DNA of 64,000 nucleotides from Candidatus Eremiobacteria bacterium (GCA_963758295.1 CAVWUU010000006.1:1-64000); one strand, 5' to 3'. Positions 38,710 to 51,689 are shown, counted from the first letter of the stretch. Translations and numbers: made by a program. Notes: a model not told the origin generated them from the letters alone.

Positions 38710-40111
38710 ATGTTAGAAACCGCAACTCTCGATAAACTGCTGGCACGTGCGTTGCGGCACGGCGGCGACTATGCCGACATCTTCTGCGAGCGGCGCCGCA
38801 GCTACGCGTTTCGACTGCAGGACGGACACATCCACGAAGGCCAGTCCGCGATTACGCAAGGCGTCGGCATTCGGGTAGTGATCGGAGAAACGGCGGGATA
38901 CGCCTATTCGGACGATCTGTCATTAGAGGCTTTGCTTCGCGCGGCTGAAGCGGCGTCGCTGGTCGCGCGCACGCTGCCGGCCGGCGATGAACGGCGTATC
39001 GACCTCACCGCCCTCTCCGTGCCGCCGCTCTACGACCAAAACCGAAACTCGCACGCGGATGCGTCGCGCTACGTCGCGCTCCTCGAAACCGCCGATGCCA
39101 CCGCCCGAAAATTCGACTCGCGAATCGTCGCCGTGAACGCACACGTGACGGATGAATTGCAAGACGTGTGGATCGCGACGAGTGAAGGTCGCTACGTTCA
39201 CGATCACCGGCCGATGGTGACGCTCGGCGTGCAGGCCGTTGCAAGCCGCGACGGGGAACGCGGCATCGGGTTACGTCGGCGACGGCGGACGTACGTCGAT
39301 CGCGTATTTCGACGGCGGCGTTCCCGAAGCGCTGGCCAACGATGCGGCGCGTATCGCGACCACAAATCTGGAAGCTGTCCCCGCGCCGGCCGGCGAGATG
39401 GAAATGGTCGTCGGTTCGGGCGGCGGCGGCGTGTTGCTCCACGAAGCGGTGGGCCACGGACTCGAAAGCGATTTTAACCGCCGCGGCACGTCGCTCTATA
39501 GCGGCCGCGTAGGTGAACAGCGTTGCAAGCGAGCTCGTGACGATTTACGACGACGGCAATCTACCCGAAGAACGCGGAAGCATCACCGTGGACGATGAAG
39601 GCGTTCCGGGTCAGCACAAGGTGCTCGTCGAGAACGGCATGCTTCGCGGGTACATGCAAGACACGCTGAACGCGCGCTTGATGGGCGCGCAGCCAACGGG
39701 CAGCGGCCGCCGCCAGTCGTTCCGGTTTCTGCCGCAGCCGCGGATGTGCAACACGTACATGCCGAACGGCGAATCAACCGTCGACGAAATCATCGCGATC
39801 GACGAAACGCGGCATCTACGCAAAATCGTTTCGCCGGCGGCCAAGTGGAAATCAGCAAAGGCGACTTCGTCTTCATGGTCGCCGAAGGCTATCTGATCGA
39901 GAACGGCAAGATCACGACGCCCGTGAAAAACGCGACGATCGTCGGCAACGGTCCCGATGCGATGACGAAGGTGATTGCCGTCGGTAACGATAGCCGCCTT
40001 GCGCGCCGTCATTACACGTGCGGCAAGGGCGGACAACACGTCCCGGTGGGCGTCGGCATGCCGACCGTGAAAATTTCGTCGATTACGGTTGGAGGCACCC
40101 ACAATGGATGA
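38710..40111 (+). CDS. tldD: TldD metalloprotease (indel-split)
   Basis: G-x-[17 protein letters not shown], DDEG, GRRQS, PRM-x-NT, CGK-x-GQ-x-VPV. Confidence 0.92.
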
Positions 40112-41446
40112 GCGCGAGGCGCTCGACGCGGCGCGGCAAGCGGTAGAGACCGCGACGCGTCATGGAGCCGACGCGGCGGAGGCAACGGTTGGCGTCACGC
40201 GCCGCTTCCACGTGGAAGCGCGCGAAAAGACGATTTCCAAGCTCGAACAGTCGACCGGAAAAACGTTGCAGGTTCGAATTTTTTCCGGCGGCCGCAAAGT
40301 CGTCGCTGTCGACGTCGGATTTTTCAGCTTCGAGGCATCGATGCGGCGATCGCTGCAGCACTCGAACAATCGAAGTTCGTTGCAGTCGGATCAATTCTCC
40401 GGATTGCCCGACGAATGCGGACGCTTCGACGGGCGATCTCTCGCTCTACGATTCGCAGCGTTGCGCAACGTGACGACTCCGCGAAGGTCGACGACGCGCT
40501 CGCTTTGGAAGCGATGATTCGCGACGCGCGACGCGCGCATCGTCAATTCCAGCGGATCGAACTACGCCGATGCGGTTTCGATCGTAGCGCTTGCAAATTC
40601 GGCGGGATTCGGCGGAAGCATACACGTCCACGCGCGCCAGCCGTTCGACGTCGCCGGTTGCGGAAGAAGGGCAAATCAAACGCACCGCCCACTACGGCAC
40701 GGCGCGCGCCGGTTCGCAAAGGATTTGGAAGAGTCTGCAGCCGTTGCTCGCATGGCGGCTAAGCGCACCGTGGAAATGTTCGGCGCGCGCAAACCGCCCA
40801 CGAGCGAAACTGCCCGTAATCTTCGAACGCGACATAGCCGCTGCAGTTTTGGACGATCTCTTCTCCGCGATTAGTGCCGCGAACGTGAGCGTCGGAAATT
40901 CTTGGCTTGCGGAGCGCGTCGGAGAGCGCGTCGGCAGCGATCTCGTCACGATCGTCGACGACGGCACGCTACCGGGGCGTCTGGGAAGCTCGCCCTTCGA
41001 CGGCGAGGGCGTTGCGACGCGAACGACCACGGTGTTCGACCGCGGCGTGTTACGCACGTTTCTCTACGATACGTACTACGCGCGCAAGCTCGGTGCCCAA
41101 ACTACCGGGAACTCCACCGGCGGCGGGATCGGCGCCAACAACTTTTACCTGCAACCGGGAACGCAATCGCTCGAGGAACTGATAGCGTCGACGCCGCGCG
41201 GCGTGCTCGTACTGGACACGATCGGCTTTGCAACCGAGCACGCGAGCGGAACGTATAGCCGCGGCGCGCGCGGCTTCCTCATCGAAAACGGCGAGCTGAG
41301 CTATCCGATCGACGAATTCACCATCGCCGGAAGTTTCCCGGCGATGCTTGCCGCGATCGACGCGGTTGCAAACGATTTGCGGTTCGACGGATCGGTCGTA
41401 TCGCCGTCGTTCCGCGTCGCGCGAAATGACGATCAGCGGAAATTAG
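40104..41446 (+). CDS. pmbA: PmbA/TldE protein (multiple indels)
   Basis: Follows tldD; PFDGEG, G-x-L-x-x-FLYD, TGN, G-x-YS-x-GA-x-G, IENGE, TIAG. Confidence 0.85.
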
Positions 41447-41463
41447 CTCATAAGGAGGCCTGC

Positions 41464-42914
41464 ATGCCGCAAGTAGCCATTAGCTTTACTCTGATCATGC
41501 GCATCGAAATGCCGAACGAAACCGGCGCGTTCGGCGTTCTGGCAAACGCCATAGGCGATGCCGGCGGCCAAATTGCGGCAGTCGACATGCGTTCGGTTAT
41601 CGCGACGCACGAGTCGTGCGCGACGTAACGATCAACGTGAGTTCCGACGTGATCGGCAACGAAGTGCGCCGCGCCGTCGAAGCGCTCGACGGCGTTGCGC
41701 ATCGTCTCGGTCTCGGATTCCACGTTTCTCGCGCATCTCGGCGGCAAGATCCGCGTGGAACCGAAGATTCCGGTGAAGACGCGCGCAGGATCTTTCGACG
41801 GTTTACACGCCGGGCGTGGCGCGCGTTTCGATGGCGATTGCCGCGGACCCATCTAAAGCGTTTCAACTTTCCATCAAGCGCAACACCGTTGCCGTCGTCA
41901 CCGACGGGACCGCCGTGCTCGGGCTTGGCGACATCGGCCCGCTCGGCGCGCTGCCGGTGATGGAAGGCAAGGCGATGCTTTTCAAACAGTTCGCCGACAT
42001 CGACGCCTTTCCGATTTGTCTCGATACCAAAGACGTCGACGAAATCGTCGAAACCGTCGTGCGCATCGCCCCGGTTTTCGGCGGCATCAATCTGGAGGAC
42101 ATCTGCAGCTCCGCGTTGTTTCGAAGTCGAGCAGCGGCTTAATCGAACGCCTGGACATTCCGGTGATGCACGACGATCAGCACGGCACGGCGGTCGTTAT
42201 TCTCGCCGCACTGATCAATGCGGCAAAAGTCGTCGGCAAAGAACTCTGCGGATTTGCAGGTCGTCGTGTCGGGAAGCGGTGCCGCAGGAACGGCGACGAT
42301 CAAGATGCTGCTCGAAGCGGGCGTTCGCGACGTGATTCCCGTCGACCGCAGCGGCGCGCTCAATCGCGACGACCGCTACGAGAACTCCCATTGGCGCTGG
42401 CTTGCCGAACATACAAACAAGGAAAACCGGCGCGGGACGCTCGCCGAAGTGCTTGCCGGCGCCGACGTTTTCATCGGCGTCTCGGCGCCCGGGATTCTGC
42501 AGCCGGAGCACATCGCGTCGATGGCGCGCGACCCGATCATCTTTGCAATGGCCAATCCGACGCCGGAAATCATGCCGGACGTCGCGGCCCCCGTCGCCGC
42601 GGTCGTGGCCACGGGCCGTTCGGACTTTCCCAATCAGGTGAACAATCTGCTGGCATTTCCGGGGATTTTCCGCGGAGCGCTCGACGTCCGTGCCCGTCGC
42701 ATCACCGACGAGGATGAAGCTGGCGGCGGCCTTCGCCATCGCGTCGATCGTGACCGACGACGAGCGCAGCGCGGAATACATCATTCCGAGCGTTTTCGAC
42801 CCTCGCGTCGTGGACGCGGTAGCCAAGGCGGTCGCCACTGCGGCCGTCGACGAAGGCGTCGCACGCCGTACCTTGGTAAAGAACGAGGAAGAAGAAATCG
42901 AAATACCAGTATAG
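41464..42914 (+). CDS. NAD(P)-dependent malic enzyme with N-terminal ACT domain (multiple indels)
   Basis: [68 protein letters not shown]. Confidence 0.92.
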
Positions 42915-42938
42915 GGACTCACCACGCCTAGAGGGAGC

Positions 42939-43646
42939 TTGAACGGATGGCCTTTAGCACGCATCCTGGTCATCGAGGACGACGAGGACGTCGCTCGACT
43001 GGAACAAACCGTCCTCGAGCGAGCTGGGTACGAAATTCGCGTTACCGGAAGCGGTGCCGAGGGGTTGGAACTGGCCGACACTTATAAGCCCGACGTCGTC
43101 ATTCTCGACGTCGGGCTTCCCGGATATTTCCGGCCTCGACGTTTGCACGTCGCTCTCGAACTCGAACAACGCGTTCATCCTGATGGTCAGCGGCCATTCG
43201 CGCGAGCAAGACATTTTGCTCGGGCTTGGGCCTCGGTGCCGACGATTACATCACCAAGCCGTTTTCCGGCAACGAACTCGTCGCGCGCGTCGCGTCGTTT
43301 TTGCGCCGCCGCGAGAAGTTCGTGCAGAAGCGCGAAGGTCCGAACGTCCTGCAGATCGGCAGCGCGACAGCTCGATCGCGATTTCCATACGCGTTTCGAA
43401 CAACGGCGATAGCGTCTCGCTTACGGCGCTCGAGTTTCGCCTGTTGTGGTTTCTTGGCCGAAGCCGAAGGGCCGTCTGCTGACGCGCGCGCAGATACTCG
43501 AACACGTCTGGAACGACACCTCGGGCGTGCCGACGCGCGTGGTCGACGTGCACGTCGCCGCGTTGCGCAAGAAGCTCATCGAGGTCGACGCGCCGCTCGA
43601 AATCTCGAGCGTCCGCGGCATCGGCTATCGACTCGACAAAAGGTAG
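42939..43646 (+). CDS. OmpR/PhoB-family response regulator (indel-split)
   Basis: ILVIEDD, ILDVGLP, GADDYITKPF, LT-x-x-EF-x-LL, RVVDVHV-x-x-LRKKL, VRGIGY. Confidence 0.9.
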
Positions 43647-45117
43647 TGCGGCGCGGCGACGTCGACGCTTCGCCTCGAGCCCGCCGACCCGCGTCCGCTC
43701 TACGTTCAGCTCGCCGATCAGCTCGTCGAAGCGATCGAAGACGAGCGGCTCGCACCCGGCGACCGTCTTCCCGCGATGCGCGAGCTCGCGCGCGAACTCG
43801 AATTGCGCGCTGGTCACCGTTTCGCAGGCGTACGAACTGCTGGCCGCGCGCGGGCGCGTGCATTCGCGCGTCGGCAAAGGCACGTTCGTCGCGCCGCCTC
43901 CCGACCGCGCACGCCGTTCGCGCGCCGTTGGGAACCCGACGTCGGCCGTTTCGCGCGCGCGCAGCGGCTCGAAGGCGTGATGGAGCAGTTGACCCGCGTC
44001 ACGACGCCCGGGCGCGATCATCGCTCGCGACCGGACATCCCGCGCCCGAAACGTTTCCGCTGCACGACTTCGGCCGCGCCTTTCACCGCACGCTGCTCGA
44101 CGATCCGCCCGAAGCGATGCAGTACCGTTCGTCTACCGGCGATCGCGATCTCTGCGAAACGCTTGCCACGCTGCTGCGCGCGCGCGGCTGCAACGCGGAC
44201 GCGCAGCGACGTCATCGTCTGCTCCGGCGCGCAACAGGCGGCCGATCTCGTCGCAACCGTCTTGCTCGACGAGCGCAGCGTCGTCGCAAGCGAAAGTCCC
44301 GACGTATTCCGGAACGCTCGGCGTCTTCGATGCGCGCGGCGTGACGTACGTCGAAGTGCGCAGCGATGCCGACGGCGTGCGCGTCGACGACGTCGAGCGC
44401 GTTTTTGCGGAATACCGTCCGCGCTTGTTCTACGTCAATCCGATCGCGCAGAATCCGACCGGCGCCGTCTTGCCGCAGCGGCGCGCAAAGCAGATCGTTG
44501 CACTGGCGCGCCGCTACGACGTCGTGGTCCTCGAAGATCAAACCGGCTGGCAGCTGACCTACGATGCCGCCGCGCCGCCGCCGCTCGCGGCGTTCGATAC
44601 CGACGGCCGCGTCATCGTGATGGAAAGCCTGTCGAAGTCGATCTTTCCGGCGCTGCGAATCGGCTATCTGTATGCGAAAGGGTCGATTGCCGAAGCGCTG
44701 GAGGTGGCCAAAGTGCGCGCCGACGTCTTCACTTCGACGCTCACGCAACGCGCGTTGTGGCGCTTTATGAACGCTCCGGCGTATCGCCGGCATCTGCGTT
44801 CTTCGCGCGCGCTCTATCGCGACCGGCGCGACGCTTTCGTCGATGCGCTCGCCCACGAATGTGCCGTGGGCAGACGTCCGTCCGCCGGCCGCCGGCGTGA
44901 ACGTTTGGCTGCCGCTTGCCCGCCGCGCATCTCGACGCAGGCGGCGTTCGATGCGTGCGCGCGCGAAGGCGTGCTCGTGATGCCGGCCGAGCCGTTCTAT
45001 CCCACGCGAACCGGCCCGCCCGCGCTGCGCCTCTCGTTCGGGCACATCGACGAAGCAACGGCGCGCGAGGGCGTACGGCGAATCGGCACGCGCGTTGCGG
45101 TCGCCTCGAACGCCTGA
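43646..45117 (+). CDS. MocR/GabR-family GntR regulator with PLP aminotransferase domain (multiple indels)
   Basis: PLY-x-QL, G-x-RLP-x-x-RELA, GKGTFV, SGAQQA, QNPTG, SLSKSIFPALRIG. Confidence 0.85.
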
Positions 45118-45162
45118 GGCATTGGGCAGGTCCACGAGAGGCTGCATCCGTAGCCTTCCTAC

Positions 45163-47589
45163 GTGAAAATCCGAGGACCCCTAGCGGCGGCTTTGGCCGC
45201 CGTTTTGCTGGGTGCGGCGCACCGCCCAGTTCCGATAACCGTGTACTCCGCTCCGGCGGGCCAGCGCCCAGCCGGCGCCTCTCCGGGCCGCCCGGCTGAC
45301 GCAGTTCTCCCCGACGGACGCATTGCTGCGCCGCGTCGGGCAGACCATTTTCGTCGGAACCAATCCGCTCGGCGTGGCGCTCTCGGCTGACGGCCGCTGG
45401 GCGATCGTCACGCAACGACGAGCAGAATGCGACGGCGTCCGGCGCGCCGCCGGGGGAGCCGGCCGTCTTGCAGCCGGATATTCACTGACCGTCGTGGAGA
45501 CGAGCACGATGCGCGTCGCGCAGCGTCTATCAAGCGCCGGGCGACGTCGTTTTTCAAAGGCGTGGCAGCGGTTGCAGATCCTGCAAATCGCGGGCGCACG
45601 ATCGTGCTTGCCTCGGACGGCGCAAACAACGTCGTGCGCGTTTTCGATCTTAGCAGCGGCGGCACGCTGACGCCCGAAGCCCAGCCCATCGCGCTCCCGG
45701 CAAAACCTATCCGTCGGCCATCGCCATAGCGGCAAACGGCCGTACCGCCTACGTCGCCAAGAATATTAGCCGGAACGTTGAGCGCGGTGGATCTCGCATC
45801 CGCGACGGCTCGTCGCTACGGCGAACGGCCGGATTCTTTCCGTCGGATGTCGCGGTTGCCGGTGCGCACGCTTACGTTACGAATGAGAGGGCTGATCCAA
45901 TACACGGCGCTGCAACAGCCGCGCTCCGCATCCTCAATTTGGTAACGCGGCGGCGAGCCCCGACGAAATCGTCGTCGCTGTCCGTTATCGATCTTGATGG
46001 GTCCGGCAGCGTGAACGCCGACGCAAACGCGGGAACCGTCGTTCGCATGGACCCCGTACCGGACGGCGTCGAATAACGTCGGCGGCGCGAAGCCCGGCGC
46101 CATCGTCGTGCGCCGGATGGCGCGTTATGCTTACGTCGCGATGTCGAACGTCGATCGTGTTGCAACGGTGGACCTCGGCGAGGATCCGCACGTCGTAGCG
46201 GGTCTGGACCTGCGTCTTTTCGTCAATGCTCCGTACGGAACGCAGCCTTCGGCGGAAGCTCTTAGCCGCGACGGAAAGCGTTTATATGTTGCGCTCGCAG
46301 GCCTCAATGCCGTCGCCGTGCTCGACGCGCACAATCCCGCAGTGCTGCACCGCCTCGGATTGATTCCAACGGGATCGTCGCCGAGCGCGCTCGCGCTCTC
46401 GCCTGACGGACGCTATCTATACGTCGCGGATGCGCGCGGCGTCGACGGCTGGGGCTTGCTGCAGCGCGTCGACATGAAAAAACTTCCTCTGGTGAAGGTG
46501 ACGTTGTCGGCGTTGCGCTACAATCGGGCCGTCGCATACGCACATCCGAGCGCAACCGTTCCGCCGTTGCGATCGAAGACGCCGCAGCAAAACGATCGAC
46601 CGCGTCGTTTACATTTCGGTCGGTTTGCAAACGTTCGATGCGATGCTCGGCGATCTCGGTCGCGGCAACGGCGCGCCGTCGTACGTTTCCTACGGTGCCG
46701 ATGTTACGCCGAATTTGCACGCGCTTGCGAAGGCGTATGGCTTAGCGGATAATTTCTACGTTGACGATCTGAACCAAGACGTGAACGTGCAATTCGCGCT
46801 GGCCGGTGCGCCCACGCTCTACGCGCAAGAATGTTGCACGTGAATGCCGGTCGCGCGCCGCTTGACGTGCACGGCGACGATCCGGAAGACTATCCGCGCG
46901 CCGGCTACCTTTTCAACGCCGCAGCGCGTGCGGGATTGTCGTATCGCGACTACGGCGCGATGCTGAGGCTTGCGGGATACCAGCCCGAAGCGTTGAGCAC
47001 GCCGGCGCCATCGAAATCCCGGAATCCGCGCGCAACTCCTCCGCCGTCGCCGCTTGGCGGTTTCTACACGCTCGACGTGCCCGCGCTCGCGGCGCTTGCG
47101 AATCACGTGGACCTCAACTACCCGGGCTGGAATCCCGCCATCTCAGAACGCGCAGCGCGCGGCCGAGTTCGTGAACGACATGGGCCGCCTCGTACAGAGC
47201 GACGCCCAACCCGCCTTTACGTACGTGTGGTTGCCGATGGCACCGGGCAGCGCAGGCGCCGCGGACGCCGATCGCGCGCTCGGGACGATAATGGCCTTTC
47301 TCTCTCATACTCCCCACTGGTCGTCGACGGCGGTTTTTATCGTCCCCGACGGCATCGCGCCCGGCGGGCGCGATCACGTGAACCCCGCTCGCAGCTATGC
47401 GATCGTGGTGTCGCCGCTCGCGAAGCAGGCGTACGTCGGACATCAGCATCTCTCGCCGGCCAGCGTCTGAAGACCGAAGAAGAGTTGCTTGGGCTCGCGC
47501 CGCTCGGTCTTCCCGACCTTCTAGCGACCGATATGGCGGACTTTTTCGGCGCTGTCCCGTATCCGTCGCCCTATCACGCCATTCCATAG
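45163..47589 (+). CDS. YncE/YVTN beta-propeller fused to a degenerate phosphoesterase-like domain (multiple indels)
   Basis: Signal peptide, LPDGR, VGTNP, S-x-DG-x-x-LYVA-x-AG-x-NAVAV, GLIPTG; C-terminal TFD-x-x-LGD, TPN-x-H-x-LA, DNFY, DHV, SP. Confidence 0.75.
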
Positions 47590-47596
47590 TAGGAAC

Positions 47597-48439
47597 ATGA
47601 CGACCAAGGACGCCATCCACTTCGGACCCCGTCTCGTCGGCATCGCCAACCGGAACGCTGCGCGCCGCGGCGCTCGTTCGTCCGACCGCCGAGCATCGAG
47701 AACGCGCCGCACGCTGCCCGGCGAACCGGGCGCCGTCTATAGCCGTGCGCTCGAGCAACACGAAATTTTGCGCAAGACGCTCGAGTATTTCGGCGTCGAA
47801 ACGGTTGCGTTCGAACCTCGCGGCGGGGATCCGTACGAATCGGCGATCGCCGACGCGGCTGTCGCTTTCGAAGACGGTGCGTTGATCATGCGGCCGAGCG
47901 CGATGGCGCGACGTAGCGAAGCCGATCGCATGCAATCCGAATTCGCCCAGCTCGACGTTCCGCTCGCCGGACATATCGCGCCGCCCGGATTGTCGAACGG
48001 CTCCGACGTCATGCTTGCCGGCGCAACGGCGTTCGTTGGAGTCGGCGCGCGCGGCAATGCGATCGGCCGCGCCGGTTTCGCAAAAGTGGCTCAGCGCCCA
48101 CGGCTATCGCGTCGTCGAAGTTGGCCTCGACGAGACCGTGCCGAGCCTGCGCGCCGTTGCGAACGCCGTTGCGAAAGACACGTCGTGGTGCTCGCGAAAG
48201 AAAAAGTCGATCTCGACGCGTTCGCCGGATTCAATACGATCGTGCTGGATCGCGGCGAAGATATGGCGGCCGGCGTCCTTTGCATCGGTGAACGTCACGT
48301 TATCGCCGACGTGCGTTATCGCACGTCGCTGGCTCGGATGCGCAAGGCGGGAATCACGGTCGAAGGCATCGATCTCTATGACTTCGAGAAGATCGGCATC
48401 ACGCCGTCCCTGCTCGTGCTTGCCCTCAAGCGCGACTAA
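47597..48439 (+). CDS. Amidinotransferase/dimethylargininase (DDAH)-fold protein, degenerate active site (indels)
   Basis: A-x-x-QH, D-x-AV, RP-x-x-x-x-RR-x-E, G-x-DV, VG-x-x-x-R-x-N-x-x-G, FEK. Confidence 0.75.
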   Translation: MTTKDAIHFGPRLVGIANRNAARRGARSSDRRASRTRRTLPGEPGAVYSRALEQHEILRKTLEYFGVETVAFEPRGGDPYESAIADAAVAFEDGALIMRPSAMARRSEADRMQSEFAQLDVPLAGHIAPPGLSNGSDVMLAGATAFVGVGARGNAIGRAGFAKVAQRPRLSRRRSWPRRDRAEPARRCERRCERHVVVLAKEKVDLDAFAGFNTIVLDRGEDMAAGVLCIGERHVIADVRYRTSLARMRKAGITVEGIDLYDFEKIGITPSLLVLALKRD

Positions 48440-48457
48440 AAGGGCAGGCCGCTCGCC

Positions 48458-49186
48458 GTGCGCATCGCCATTGTTTCGGATATCCACGGAAATCTCGTTG
48501 GTCTCGACGCTTGCCTTGCGGATCTGCAAGCGCAGGGCGGCGCCGACGCGATCGTAGCAGCGGGCGATCTTTGCGTCGACGGCCCCAAACCGAAGAAAGT
48601 GCTGCAGCGGCTCGAAGAGGTGGGCGCGCAATGTCTTCGCGGAAACACCGACCGTTATCTAAGCGTTCCGCAGGACGAAACGTTCACTGAAAGCGAAGCG
48701 ACGCAGCTCGATTGGACGCGTCATGAAGATCGGCGAGAAGTGGCTCCAGTGGCTCGCGGAACTGCCCTTTGCGATTCGCATCGGTGACGACGACAACAGC
48801 TGCTCGTCGTGCACGCCAATCCCGCGACGGACGACGAGCATCTTTGGCCCGATGCCGATGATGCGACGCTGAAGCGGCTGATCGGCGAAGAGCGTGCCGC
48901 GGCGATTGCCTTCGGCCACCTGCATCTTCCTTACGTTCGTATTTGGCGCGGCAAGCTGCTCGTCAACGTCGCGTCCGCCGGCCTGCCAAAAGACGGCGAC
49001 CCGCGCGCCGGCTACGCGATTTTTACCGAGCGCGACGGCGGTTGGGAAGTCAAGCACCGCCGCGTCGAATTCGACGTGAAGAAAGTTGCAACCCAATTGG
49101 CCGATTGCGGGATTCCGGAGAGTGGAGAGCTCATTGCGACGCTTCGCCGCCACCGCTACAAGCGGTTGAAAGGATTTGTCCCCTAG
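48458..49186 (+). CDS. YfcE/calcineurin-like metallophosphoesterase (indel-split)
   Basis: SDIHGN, GD, RGNTD, HA-x-P, GH-x-H, G-x-P-x-DGDPRA. Confidence 0.9.
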
Positions 49187-49189
49187 AAC

Positions 49190-49913
49190 GTGCCCGTTCC
49201 GGCCATCGAGATAGAACATCTCGTCAAACGCGTACGGCGACTTTACCGCCGTCGACGATATTTCGCTGCGCGTCGAAGCCGGCGAATTTTTTGGTTTTCT
49301 TGGCCCGAACGGCGCCGGCAAGACGACGACGATCAATGCCATCGTCGGCCTGGCTCGCGCATCGAGCGGGGCGATCCGCGTTTTCGGTCACGATAACGAA
49401 ACGGATTGGCGAGAAGCCCGTCGCGCGATCGGTCTCGCGCCGCAAGAGTACAATTTCGACCGGTATCTCTCGATTCGCGACGTGCTTATCTTTCAAGCCG
49501 GTTACTTCGGCTTGCGCGGACCGGCGGTGAAAGAGCGGGCCGACATGCTTCTCGAGCGTTTTGGTCTCGCGTCGAAGGCGAAGCAAGAGTACACGCGCCT
49601 TTCGGGCGGCATGAAGCGCCGTCTAACGCTTGCGCGCGCATTGATTCACGAGCCGAAACTCGTCATCCTCGACGAGCCGACGGCGGGCGTAGACGTCGAG
49701 TTGCGGCTCGAGCTCTGGAGCCTGCTTCGCGAGTTCAACGGCGACGGCCTTACAATTTTCCTCACGACGCACTATCTCGAAGAAGCTGAAGAGCTTTGCA
49801 AGACGATCGCGATCGTACGCGCAAGGAAAGGTCGTGACGCAGCAGCCGACACCGAACTGGTCGCCGACGGCGCCCGTTTACAAGATGTATTCCTGGAGTT
49901 AACCCGCGCATGA
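49190..49913 (+). CDS. ABC-2 transporter ATP-binding protein (indel near the 5' end)
   Basis: GPNGAGKTT, LSGGMKRR, ILDEPTAGVD, TTHY. Confidence 0.92.
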
Positions 49914-50692
49914 TCGCCGTCCAAGAAGGGCTCAATACCGTTGGGCTGTGGACGCTCGTCAAACGCGAGCTGATCCGCAGCATGAAGGTGATCAATCAGG
50001 TGATCTGGCCGCCGATCATTTCAACTCTGCTCTACGTCTTCGTCTTTGGGCTGGCGCTCGGAAGCCGCATTCAAAACGTCCAGGGCGTCGACTACGCGCA
50101 GTTCCTGATTCCCGGCTTGATCATGCTGCAGGTGATCGATTCGTCGTACGGCGAGTGTTCGAGTTCGGTGTTCCAGGGGCGCTTCATGAATTCGATTCAG
50201 GAGATGTTGATCGCGCCGATGTCCGCGTACGAGATCGTGTTCGGCTACATCATTGGAAGTCTCGTGCGCGCGCTGGTGATCGCCGCGTTGATTACGATTT
50301 TGGGTGCGATCCTCGTGCACACGTGGCCGCACGACTGGCTGTTGTATTTTGCCGTTCTGTGCATGGTGTCGGTGCTGTTCTCTTCGCTTGGAATCATCTT
50401 CGGATTGATGGGCGAGAAGTTCGATCACCTGGCCGCATTCACGACGTTCGTCATTACGCCGCTCACGTTCGTCGGCGGCGTTTTTACCGCGGCGACGATG
50501 CTGCCGCCGGTGCTGCGCAATCTCGAACTGTTCAATCCGATTTTCTACACGATCGACGCGTTCCGGCACAGCTATACCGGGCAAAGTTATCTGCCTTTGA
50601 CGTACTCGATTCTAATGATCGCCGTGCTCGCAGCAGTTGCTCTGGCGATTGCGCTCCGGCTCACCGCCACGGGATATAAGTTACGCACGTGA
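49910..50692 (+). CDS. ABC-2 transporter permease (YadH-like)
   Basis: PPIIST-x-LY, F-x-x-PGL, PL-x-F-x-GGVF, NP-x-FY-x-ID-x-FR. Confidence 0.92.
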   Translation: MIAVQEGLNTVGLWTLVKRELIRSMKVINQVIWPPIISTLLYVFVFGLALGSRIQNVQGVDYAQFLIPGLIMLQVIDSSYGECSSSVFQGRFMNSIQEMLIAPMSAYEIVFGYIIGSLVRALVIAALITILGAILVHTWPHDWLLYFAVLCMVSVLFSSLGIIFGLMGEKFDHLAAFTTFVITPLTFVGGVFTAATMLPPVLRNLELFNPIFYTIDAFRHSYTGQSYLPLTYSILMIAVLAAVALAIALRLTATGYKLRT

Positions 50693-51027
50693 CGTTTCTA
50701 TTTGCGCTCGCGCTGGCCGTGACTCCATGGCACGGCGCGAATCTTCCAACCTCGACCGGCGCTGCGGTAAAATACCGTTTGACGGTATCCGGAAAGGCCG
50801 GCGAAGCCGTACATCTGAAGGCGACGCAGGTTGCGTCGGGTTGGATCGCTGCGTTCTGCGACTCGCGCGTTTGTTCTCCGATGCAGCTAACCTCCACGAT
50901 TCCCGAGTCGGGAAAACTGCAGCTGCAGTTCGAATTGATTCGTGAAGAAGACAACGCTCCCCGGAAAAGCGGCGCGCGAATCGAGAGCGAAACCGGCGTC
51001 TCGGTTACGATTCCGGCGGCGCGTTAG
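50689..51027 (+). CDS. Small secreted beta-rich protein
   Basis: Short signal peptide, W-x-x-x-FC-x-x-x-x-C motif, GTGA overlap with the upstream stop. Confidence 0.6.
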   Translation: MTFLFALALAVTPWHGANLPTSTGAAVKYRLTVSGKAGEAVHLKATQVASGWIAAFCDSRVCSPMQLTSTIPESGKLQLQFELIREEDNAPRKSGARIESETGVSVTIPAAR

Positions 51028-51689
51028 GGACGCGATTCCACGTCGCCACGTGCTGGGCAATCCAGCCGCTAATCCACAGGACCATAAACACCGGTATGGC
51101 GTTGCGACCGAAGCCTGCGAGAACGATCATCGCCAGCGTGAGCGAAGCCGTGAAAATCTCCGATCGTAACCCTTGCGCGAGCGACGGCTGCACCTTCACC
51201 GTGCCTTGAACGTTCGCAGGAGTAAGCCGGGGGAATAGCGCCGGCACGGCTTTTACGTACTCGTCGACAAGCGGCCCGAAGCGCTCGTGAAGCTGCGCCG
51301 TTTCATAGCGCACAAGCACGAACACGAACCCCAGCGTGGCGACGACGATGACGGCATACCCAAGCGGCACCGCAAGCAATCCGATGCCGAGGGCCATGAA
51401 GGTGTTGCCCAAGTACAACGGGCTTCGCGTGAAGCGAAACGGTCCGTCCACGATCAGCTCGTCGGACATTGCATCGGGGTTCCAAACGACGTCGGCGTGT
51501 AAGTAGGCCGAACCCCACGCGCGCAAGGCGAAACAGCAAAACGTCAGCAGCGCACCGGCCGCAACCGCGACCTGCGAAGTTTCGTTCGAGATTCCAAGCC
51601 GCGACCACACCACCCAGCCGCCCGCGAGTCCGACGATATAAATCACCCCGAACACCAACCCGCGCAGACGGTACCACGCCGGCGAACGA

